Shown here: in pieces, positions 1 through 7,155 of the stretch
Numbering within the stretch: the first letter of the stretch is position 1
Layout of the letters: each line of letters begins with the position of its first letter
IMG/VR virus record: IMGVR_UViG_3300049893_000997
Coordinates: 1 to 54,267 of that record
Direction: 5' to 3' (one strand)
Length of the DNA: 54,267 nt
DNA from: a virus
Taxonomy: Duplodnaviria > Caudoviricetes
Program-made: the position numbers and the translations under genes
Notes under the pieces: generated by a model
The model's database searches: none
What the model was told of the DNA's origin: nothing
Seen by the model: only the letters and a program-made list of their open reading frames with translations

Positions 1-155
1 GCACTGGTGCGGGTCTGGATCGTATACCAGTTCCCGCTGGAATCCTGCCAGAAGCCGTCGCGGGGAATCCCCGCCGCGTCCATAGCGGCGAACAAGGCCG
101 CCGCGTTCTGAACCCAAACCGTTTCACGGACCACAAACTCGACTTCGCCTCTCAT
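1..155 (-). CDS. Small GC-rich hypothetical protein, truncated at the window edge (MRGEVEFVVRETVWVQNAAALFAAMDAAGIPRDGFWQDSSGNWYTIQTRTS...)
   Basis: Not in the ORF track. On the - strand an ATG at 155-153 is preceded by GGAG (ttggagcgatcccATG), the frame stays open to position 1, and a promoter-like sequence lies just upstream. Confidence 0.6.
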   Translation of the reverse strand, partial: MRGEVEFVVRETVWVQNAAALFAAMDAAGIPRDGFWQDSSGNWYTIQTRTS

Positions 156-213
156 GGGATCGCTCCAAGGTACCGGGGGGAATCCGAAAGGCTTCCCGTT
201 GCCCGATGGAAGA

Positions 214-243
214 AAGGTAGTCGGGAGGGGGGAACCGGGTCAA
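214..243 (-). promoter_or_regulatory. Sigma70-like promoter for the GC-rich ORF
   Basis: Minus strand reads TTGACC-18 nt-TACCTT, preceded by a T-tract and about 60 nt upstream of the ATG at 155. Confidence 0.45.
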
Positions 244-263
244 GAGGGGAAAAAAAGATTGTT

Positions 264-292
264 CGTAAACCCTTGTGGGCAAACGACTTACG
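264..292. promoter_or_regulatory. 29-bp imperfect inverted repeat (11-7-11), operator- or recombinase-site-like
   Basis: CGTAAACCCTT-gtgggca-AACGACTTACG; the arms match 8/11 as reverse complements. Confidence 0.45.
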
Positions 293-470
293 TCGAATTT
301 TCGTCCGGACGGGACACTTGGGATCGTGAGAATCGGGAGGGGGTTTTCCATTCTGGCCGCAGGGGGTTTCGGAGGCCCGCCCAACCTCGGGGGGTTCACA
401 CTCAATACCCAAATTCCCCCAAAATGTATCGCCCGTATTCCGCTGCTATAACCGCCCCATCATGACTCTT

Positions 471-893
471 TTATTCCGAAGGGGCTAGTATAGCTGCCCA
501 AGGCTCTATGCCTTTGCGTATTCTGCCGCGAAGAGTTTCGTAATTTACCTCGCAACGCGGATCACGACTCCATTCTGCTATAGTTTTGCTTTCACCAAAG
601 CAGTCTACGAACACATTATCCGTGCGGTTATTCGCGTTCTGTAAGTAGTCAATGATTCGCAAATTGTCGCGGGTATTGTTTAACCTATTACGATCTTTAT
701 GGTCCACTATCATTTCCGGATCACTAACGTCCATGATGTAGCGGTGCATTCGCACTTCCTTATAGTTAATCTTTGCAAGAGCATAACCATCACGGTAGTA
801 CCAGCTATATTTCATTACTCGCGGGTAGTCTTCGGGGCTAACTAAGGCCCATTTGCCCGCGGCATTTAGTCCGTTAAGCTTAATTTGTAACAT
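471..893 (-). CDS. HNH homing endonuclease (HNH_3-like)
   Basis: MHRYIM...IVDHKDRNRLNNTRDNLR...NANN motif, C-terminal TIAEW...LRGRI DNA-binding-like tail, AGGAG RBS. Confidence 0.88.
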   Translation of the reverse strand: MLQIKLNGLNAAGKWALVSPEDYPRVMKYSWYYRDGYALAKINYKEVRMHRYIMDVSDPEMIVDHKDRNRLNNTRDNLRIIDYLQNANNRTDNVFVDCFGESKTIAEWSRDPRCEVNYETLRGRIRKGIEPWAAILAPSE

Positions 894-907
894 CTTTTCT
901 CCTACAT

Positions 908-918
908 TGGGGTATAAT
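908..918 (+). promoter_or_regulatory. Putative late promoter TGGGGTATAAT
   Basis: Intergenic copy of the TGGnGTAT motif, containing a canonical TATAAT, at the head of the + strand block. Confidence 0.55.
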
Positions 919-960
919 ATCGTGTAAACTTTCCTTTTACAGATCGTGAGCGAAGCGAAC

Positions 961-1107
961 GTGAAAATAATACCATCAAGCGGAATATCAGTTGCGGTTC
1001 AAAAAGAACTGCTCGTACCAGACCCAGTTAATATCGCCAAGGGCGTAGAAATTATTCAAAATGCAACCAACTCCGGACCAGCAACAAACGATACTAAAAG
1101 TGATTGA
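961..1107 (+). CDS. Small hypothetical protein (48 aa, MKIIPSSGISVAVQKELLVPDPVNIAKGVEIIQNATNSGPATNDTKSD)
   Basis: Open GTG-TGA frame filling the gap between the promoter motif and the sigma-like gene, which it overlaps; below the track cutoff and the RBS is weak. Confidence 0.4.
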   Translation: MKIIPSSGISVAVQKELLVPDPVNIAKGVEIIQNATNSGPATNDTKSD

Positions 1108-1555
1108 CCGCATAGCACCTCGTTATGTTTTTGGTTATTATGAGTTAGAAGATATCAAACAAGAGTCATACATTATATGCCTAGATGCTATAAGTAAGTA
1201 TGATCAAAAACGGCCTTTTGAAAATTTTATCAGCAAGCACCTATCCAATAGATTAAAGACCCTTATTAGGGATAAATATTCCCGCAGTAAAACCGAATCA
1301 GAAAAACACCAAAAATTAAATCAGAACAAAAAAAATCTGATGGATCTTAAAGGGTGTACCGATCAACAATCTTTATTGGACGATAACGCTATAGACCGAT
1401 TAGCAACTCAAGAAGCTATGGAATTGCTTATGGAAAAGCTTTCGCCCGCGATGAGAAATAATTTCTTCCGGCTTGCTAACGGAGTTCCAATTCAATCCGC
1501 GAAAAAGATCGCACTATTCAAACGAGTAAAGGAGATATTGGGTGAAGACTGGTAG
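1061..1555 (+). CDS. Sigma70-family (region 2) sigma-like transcription factor
   Basis: ELEDIKQESYIICLDAISKYDQKRPFENFISKHLSNRLKTLIRD matches sigma region 2; C-terminal MEKLSPAMR helix is region-4-like. Confidence 0.75.
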   Translation: MQPTPDQQQTILKVIDRIAPRYVFGYYELEDIKQESYIICLDAISKYDQKRPFENFISKHLSNRLKTLIRDKYSRSKTESEKHQKLNQNKKNLMDLKGCTDQQSLLDDNAIDRLATQEAMELLMEKLSPAMRNNFFRLANGVPIQSAKKIALFKRVKEILGEDW

Positions 1556-2333
1556 ACTAAGCCGCGAAGAGTGGGAATATATTGACGCAAAAGCGGATAT
1601 TTTAAGTCCGGAAAAAATTGCAGAAAATTTACAACGATCTATCGAGCCGGTTCTTAATCATCTAAAGAAGATTGGCAAGGTGGTTAACAAGCACGAATCT
1701 TTTGTGGTTCAGGCAGAGTATGATATCAAATCCCGGCCATATTGGAAAGAATTAAAATCGCAATTTTCCGAAGAAGAGTTGGAACTATTTCTTTACCATT
1801 GGAAGCAAATTATTGCCCAGTTTCGTAAAGATGTTCTTGCCACAGAAGAATTGCAGATTGTTGATACCATAAAGCTGGAGGTGTTGATGAACCGGGCTTT
1901 ACGCGAACAGCAGCAGTCTATGGAAAGGGTACGCACTTTAGAAACAGAAATAGAATTGGAAAAGAGCAGAGATTCTGACCAACAGGATAAGGAAATGATT
2001 TTTAACTTGGAAAGACAAATTGCTAGTTTAAGGGCGGCTAAAGAATCCTTGTCCCGAGAATTCAAAGACTTACAAACCAAAAAAGCGGCCATGTATAAAG
2101 ACCTTAAAGCCACCCGCGAACAACGTATTGAAAAGTTAGAAAGCAACAAGCAAACATTAGCATCTCTAGTTAATCAAATACTAAGAGATCCGGACTTTTA
2201 CGAACAAGAAGGTAAAGCTTTAGAAAAAATGAGACTCGCTATAGAAAAGGAAAAGGAGAGGCTATCAGATTATCATTCATACGCGGATGGTAGTCTAGAT
2301 CAACCATTTTTAACACCAGACACAGTAAAGTGA
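1542..2333 (+). CDS. HTH plus coiled-coil protein, possible terminase small subunit
   Basis: N-terminal HTH-like segment (SPEKIAENLQRS), long coiled coil, position upstream of terL; function inferred from position. Confidence 0.45.
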   Translation: MKTGRLSREEWEYIDAKADILSPEKIAENLQRSIEPVLNHLKKIGKVVNKHESFVVQAEYDIKSRPYWKELKSQFSEEELELFLYHWKQIIAQFRKDVLATEELQIVDTIKLEVLMNRALREQQQSMERVRTLETEIELEKSRDSDQQDKEMIFNLERQIASLRAAKESLSREFKDLQTKKAAMYKDLKATREQRIEKLESNKQTLASLVNQILRDPDFYEQEGKALEKMRLAIEKEKERLSDYHSYADGSLDQPFLTPDTVK

Positions 2334-2340
2334 GGGATTT

Positions 2341-3498
2341 ATGGGATGTTGTTCGGGAAAATGCAAGCAGACTTCATTTACTTTAAGAGAAGATGTTAGC
2401 GTATGTGATACTAGGAATACAGCGATTATAACCGGCGTAACCGGTCAGGATGGTTCCCATCTGGCAGACTTTCTTTTATCGAAAAACTATCGCGTAATTG
2501 GTCTAGTTAGAAGAGTCTCTACTGATAATACTCAACGAATCAAACATCTAATCGATCACCCTAATTTTGAACTATTTGAGGGAGACGTAACCGACTATTC
2601 TAGCGTAACCAAACTGCTTCTTAAACGCGGTCGTAGACCGGTAGAAATCTACAACCTCGCGGCACAATCTCATGTTGGCATTTCTTTTAAACAGCCCGGA
2701 TTAACATGGGATGTTACCGCTAAGGGAGCTTTAAATATTTTGCAGGCCATAGTGGATCTTAATCTAACCAATGTTGTGCGGTTCTATCAAGCAAGTAGTA
2801 GCGAAATGTTTGGTAAGCATTATGACGTTAAGGACGGCGTAAAATTTCAAAATGAAACAACAAGGTTTTTACCGCAAAGTCCGTATGCTATTGCCAAGTG
2901 TGCCGCACACGAAGCGGTAAGAATATACCGCGAAGCATATGGGATTCATGCTAGTGCGGGAATATTATTCAATCATGAAGGTCCGCGAAGGGGTGAGAAT
3001 TTTGTTACCCGAAAAATTACTAAATGGATTGGCGAATTTGTAAGATGGAAAAATGCAATAGATAGTCAACAACATGATTATACTTCTGATCCAAACTTTC
3101 TATTAAAACTATCACCGGTTTCTTTGGGCGGAAGTGGCAATATTACTGATAAATTTCCAAAGCTACGTCTGGGGAATCTTGAAGCATTTAGAGATTGGGG
3201 GTACGTAGGAGATTACGTGGAAGCCATGTGGATGATGTTACAGCAGGATAAGCCTGACGATTATGTTATCTGCACCGGTGAGACTCATACGATTCGGGAG
3301 TTCTTAGACGTAGCATTCAATCTAGTTGGCATAAATGATTGGTCACAATATGTAGTGCAAGACCCGCAATTTTATCGCCCTGCGGAAGTCGATTATCTTA
3401 TGGGTGATAATAGTAAGGCTAGGAATAAACTTGGATGGCAACCAAAAACCTCTTTTCAAGAGCTTGTAAAAATGATGGTAGATAATGATTTACAATGA
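2341..3498 (+). CDS. gmd: GDP-mannose 4,6-dehydratase
   Basis: ITGVTGQDGSHLA, YNLAAQSHV, FYQASSSEMFG, PQSPYAIAK, GILFNHEGPRRGENFVTRKIT, LGNL..RDWG and RPAEVD signatures. Confidence 0.97.
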   Translation: MGCCSGKCKQTSFTLREDVSVCDTRNTAIITGVTGQDGSHLADFLLSKNYRVIGLVRRVSTDNTQRIKHLIDHPNFELFEGDVTDYSSVTKLLLKRGRRPVEIYNLAAQSHVGISFKQPGLTWDVTAKGALNILQAIVDLNLTNVVRFYQASSSEMFGKHYDVKDGVKFQNETTRFLPQSPYAIAKCAAHEAVRIYREAYGIHASAGILFNHEGPRRGENFVTRKITKWIGEFVRWKNAIDSQQHDYTSDPNFLLKLSPVSLGGSGNITDKFPKLRLGNLEAFRDWGYVGDYVEAMWMMLQQDKPDDYVICTGETHTIREFLDVAFNLVGINDWSQYVVQDPQFYRPAEVDYLMGDNSKARNKLGWQPKTSFQELVKMMVDNDLQ

Positions 3499-3746
3499 AT
3501 ACATACACGGTCATTGTTGACATGACATCTATTTTGCCTCATCTAAAAAAGGCTAAATTTCAACTTCATGAATTTAATAAAGAGTCTCCGGTTCTTGAGA
3601 TAGAGGCCAATGATCCTGATGATGCGTGTTATATTGCATATAAAAAACTGTATGATTTGTTATCAGAGCAAGTACAGAAAAAAGACCGGGAAGCATTACA
3701 AGATTTCAAACATGATTTTCGAATAATTAATGCTATCAAATCATGA
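3495..3746 (+). CDS. Hypothetical protein
   Basis: ATGA-coupled to both neighbours. Confidence 0.75.
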   Translation: MNTYTVIVDMTSILPHLKKAKFQLHEFNKESPVLEIEANDPDDACYIAYKKLYDLLSEQVQKKDREALQDFKHDFRIINAIKS

Positions 3747-4015
3747 GAAACTATGATGATCCGGTATATAAGGATGTCCGCAAAAAAGTATTAGACAGAG
3801 ACAATCACCAATGTCAGTTTCCAGAATGTGGAAAAAAGAAAAGACTGCATGTGCATCATATTATACCATGGAGCAAAGCGGCATATTTACGGTTTGACAT
3901 GTCCAATTTAATTACGTTATGCTATCAGTGCCATGAATCAATTAAGGATATGGAACACATATACCAGTCTATCTTTATGAAGATAGTTAGAGATAATGAA
4001 AATAATAAGAGATAG
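3743..4015 (+). CDS. HNH endonuclease (packaging-associated, HK97 gp74-like position)
   Basis: RDNHQCQFPEC...LHVHHI...NLITLCYQCH Zn/HNH motif, located near the terminase. Confidence 0.9.
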   Translation: MRNYDDPVYKDVRKKVLDRDNHQCQFPECGKKKRLHVHHIIPWSKAAYLRFDMSNLITLCYQCHESIKDMEHIYQSIFMKIVRDNENNKR

Positions 4016-4460
4016 TCGAGAACGCAACGGATGGAATTTTCCATTGCTTGATGCGGAAATTATCACACGCAAATTAGATTGTGGAGATTATACTACGGAT
4101 CTACTAGAAAACTTTGTGGTAATAGAACGCAAGGCCACGGCCACAGAAATTGCGAATAATCTAGGAAAAAGAACCGCCAAGGCTAGGTTCTATAGAGAGT
4201 TTGACCGGATGCAAACTTTAAGAAAAGCGTATATAGTGTGCGAATTCCCCGAGTCTAGAGTATACGAATTTCCTAAAAATTCTGGCATGACTCCTTTTCA
4301 GATATCCAAAGTAAAACTGAATGGTAATTATATTCGTAAACTAATGTTCCAAATAGAAAAAGACTATCCGAATATTGAGATTGTATTTTGCAATAATCGT
4401 GATGAGGCGGAAAGTTTCACATATGATATTCTTAGTTTTTGGGAGAAAGAATTAACATGA
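3996..4460 (+). CDS. ERCC4/XPF-family nuclease
   Basis: IIRDSRE...LDCGDY...VIERK signature (DxRE, GDY, ERK). Confidence 0.85.
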   Translation: MKIIRDSRERNGWNFPLLDAEIITRKLDCGDYTTDLLENFVVIERKATATEIANNLGKRTAKARFYREFDRMQTLRKAYIVCEFPESRVYEFPKNSGMTPFQISKVKLNGNYIRKLMFQIEKDYPNIEIVFCNNRDEAESFTYDILSFWEKELT

Positions 4461-5092
4461 GAAACGTAGATAAAGAATTACTACACGATATTCATAACTA
4501 TAGTGCTAATCTTGCTAGCCGGGAAATATTTCTACACAACACATTAATGAGTGATGACAATCAAAATCCGGGCGTGGAATACAAAATGGCGAATGCGTTT
4601 ATTAAGAACATTCGCATTTTAGAGGGTCGGTCACAAGAACCCATTAAGATTCATATGCAAAGTATTGGTGGCGAATGGGCAGACGGTATGGCGATTTATG
4701 ATGCGATAGCAATGTGCAAATCGTATGTGACCATTGTAGTATACGGTCAGGCCGAGTCAATGAGTAGCATTATATTACAGGCCGCGGACCAAAGACTCAT
4801 GACCCCAAACGCCTATTTTATGGCCCATTATGGCTCTACTGAAATTAGTACAGACTATCTAAGTGCAATGAATTGGGCTGATTTTGAACGAAAAATGGCA
4901 GAGACTATGTTTGACATTTACGCTAAACGCTGCGTGGATGGTAAATTCTTCTTTGATAAATTCGGCAAGAAACCAAGCGATAAACAGGTCAAGCAATTCT
5001 TAGTTAATAAACTAAAGTCCGGAGATTGGTATCTTAGTGCGGAAGAGGCCGTTTATTATGGATTCGCAGACGGGGTAATTAATTCATGGTGA
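4457..5092 (+). CDS. clpP: ClpP-like serine protease
   Basis: MQSIGGE, GMAIYDAI, GQAESMSSII (Ser), FMAHYG (His), GDWYLSAEEAVYYGFADGV (Asp); start moved to the ATGA overlap at 4457. Confidence 0.92.
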   Translation: MRNVDKELLHDIHNYSANLASREIFLHNTLMSDDNQNPGVEYKMANAFIKNIRILEGRSQEPIKIHMQSIGGEWADGMAIYDAIAMCKSYVTIVVYGQAESMSSIILQAADQRLMTPNAYFMAHYGSTEISTDYLSAMNWADFERKMAETMFDIYAKRCVDGKFFFDKFGKKPSDKQVKQFLVNKLKSGDWYLSAEEAVYYGFADGVINSW

Positions 5093-7080
5093 AGAACATT
5101 CAAGAACTTAATAATGCTTGGTTAAACCTAAACGTGGATGAGAAATATATCATCAATCCTCTAGATAGACTAAAGACAGATGATCCTGAAGAGTTCTATA
5201 AGCGGTTTACTTGTCTGTTAATGAACCCAGATTACCTCACTTTTATCTGTAAGCATTTACTAAATATAGACTTACTGCCGATGCAAGCTTTGGTTCTAAG
5301 AGAAATGTGGAATAGAAAATTCCCCATGCTTGTTGCAACCCGAGGATGGGGAAAAACCTTCTTATTATCATTATACTGTATACTACGAGCGGCCCTTATT
5401 CCTAACAGAAAAATTGTGGTGGTAGGAGCAGCATTTAGGCAAAGTAAGTATCTTCATGATTACATGGAGAATATATGGAAAAATGCACCGATTCTAAGAG
5501 ATATGTGTGACAGCAACAGTGGCCCCAGACGCGATGTTGATATGTGTAAGTTAACAATTAACGGCAGCACCATTTCGGCGTTGCCTATCGGTGACGGTCA
5601 AAAAATTCGTGGACAGCGAGCAAACGATATAATTGCGGATGAATTTGCGAGCATGTCCAGGGAAGTTTTTGAGAACGTAATCGCTGGTTTCGCGGCGGTT
5701 TCGGCCTCCCCCGTTGATAATGTAAAGAGATTGGCTATGGAGGAGAAGGCAAAGGAGATGGGCATCGACACCTCTTTTCTTTACCAGAATAAAAGCACTT
5801 TTAATACAGCAAAATCCAATCAAATTATTATCTCTGGAACCGCATATTATGATTTTAATCATTTTGCGGAATATTGGAAAAGATGGAAAACTATCATAGA
5901 AACTAAAGGCGATCCAAGAGCCATATCCAACAATGTCTTTAATGGTGAGCCGATACCAGATTCGTTTAAATGGGATGACTATTGTATTATTCGAATTCCA
6001 GTAGAATTAGTTCCCAGGGGTTTTATGGACGAAGGCCAGATTGCCAGATCCAAAGCCACAATCCATAACGGTATTTATCTTATGGAATTTGGAGCAGTAT
6101 TTACAAAAGATAGCCAAGGTTTCTTTAAGAGAAGCCTAATTGAATCATGTGTTGGAACAGAAAATAAACCGATTAGTGTATCTAGTGGAGATATTTATTT
6201 TGATCCATTATTAAGAGGAAGAAAACTTGAAAAATATGTAATGGCTATCGACCCGGCATCAGAAGTGGACAATTTTAGTATTGTTATTTTAGAGGTTCAC
6301 CCCGACCACAGAAGGGTTGTTCATTGCTGGACCACAACCAGAAAAGATCATACGGAGCGAGTAAAGAAGGGCTTGACAAAGGAGAACAATTTTTATAGCT
6401 ATTGTGCTAGGAAGATTAGAGAGTTAATGAATCTATTTCCAATAGTGCATATCGCTATGGATGCCCAAGGCGGCGGTTATTCTGTGGCAGAAGCCCTACA
6501 TGATAATAATCAGTTGCAGCCCGGAGAAATTGCTATTTGGCCTATTATTGACGAAGAGAAACCGCAGCCATCGGACGATCAACCCGGTTTGCATATTTTA
6601 GAAATGTGTCAATTTGCCAAATACGATTGGTATTCTGATGCAAACCATGGGCTCAGAAAAGATCTAGAAGATAAAATTTTACTATTTCCTAGATTTGATC
6701 CGATCACAATTGGTTTATCTATAGAAGAAGACAAAGCAAATAATAGACTTTATGATACTCTAGAAGACTGTGTTCTAGAAATTGAAGAACTTAAAAATGA
6801 ACTTTCTCTGATAGAGGTTAGCGAAAGCGTTAACGGAAGAATGAGATGGGACACACCGGAAATAAAAATTGGGGTTGGTAGAAAACAGCGTATGAGAAAA
6901 GATAGATATTCCGCATTGGTTATGGCAAATATGGCGGCTAGGAGCATGAACTTTGAAGAAAAGCAAATGACCTACCAAGGCTATGGTGGATTTGCTTCTA
7001 GGAGCAATAATACCAAGGGTGACGGTGCGACATTTACTGGACCAAATTGGTTTACTTCAAAAATGGATAACCTATACTAA
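5086..7080 (+). CDS. terL: Terminase large subunit
   Basis: Walker A ATRGWGKT, IRGQRANDIIADE Walker B, IISGT, nuclease MAIDPAS and KDRYSAL; precedes the portal. Confidence 0.93.
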   Translation: MVKNIQELNNAWLNLNVDEKYIINPLDRLKTDDPEEFYKRFTCLLMNPDYLTFICKHLLNIDLLPMQALVLREMWNRKFPMLVATRGWGKTFLLSLYCILRAALIPNRKIVVVGAAFRQSKYLHDYMENIWKNAPILRDMCDSNSGPRRDVDMCKLTINGSTISALPIGDGQKIRGQRANDIIADEFASMSREVFENVIAGFAAVSASPVDNVKRLAMEEKAKEMGIDTSFLYQNKSTFNTAKSNQIIISGTAYYDFNHFAEYWKRWKTIIETKGDPRAISNNVFNGEPIPDSFKWDDYCIIRIPVELVPRGFMDEGQIARSKATIHNGIYLMEFGAVFTKDSQGFFKRSLIESCVGTENKPISVSSGDIYFDPLLRGRKLEKYVMAIDPASEVDNFSIVILEVHPDHRRVVHCWTTTRKDHTERVKKGLTKENNFYSYCARKIRELMNLFPIVHIAMDAQGGGYSVAEALHDNNQLQPGEIAIWPIIDEEKPQPSDDQPGLHILEMCQFAKYDWYSDANHGLRKDLEDKILLFPRFDPITIGLSIEEDKANNRLYDTLEDCVLEIEELKNELSLIEVSESVNGRMRWDTPEIKIGVGRKQRMRKDRYSALVMANMAARSMNFEEKQMTYQGYGGFASRSNNTKGDGATFTGPNWFTSKMDNLY

Positions 7081-7086
7081 ACTCTT

Positions 7087-7097
7087 TGGAGTATACT
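7087..7097 (+). promoter_or_regulatory. Putative late promoter TGGAGTATACT
   Basis: Intergenic TGGnGTAT copy upstream of the portal gene. Confidence 0.55.
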
Positions 7098-7155
7098 AGA
7101 TTGATGAATCGTATTGTATTCCCACCGCATTCTGATTGTTAATAAGGATTAATTT

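Noticed and set aside
124-465. Three overlapping track ORFs (93, 86 and 103 aa) in the GC-rich segment
   Set aside because: Pro/Arg/Gly-rich translations expected from GC-rich non-coding DNA; they overlap the promoter and dyad, and the 1..155 ORF has the better RBS.
950-956. GCGAAGC stable DNA mini-hairpin in the divergent intergenic region
   Set aside because: The same 7-mer occurs inside coding regions (near 2930 and 23570), so a single copy is not evidence of an origin.
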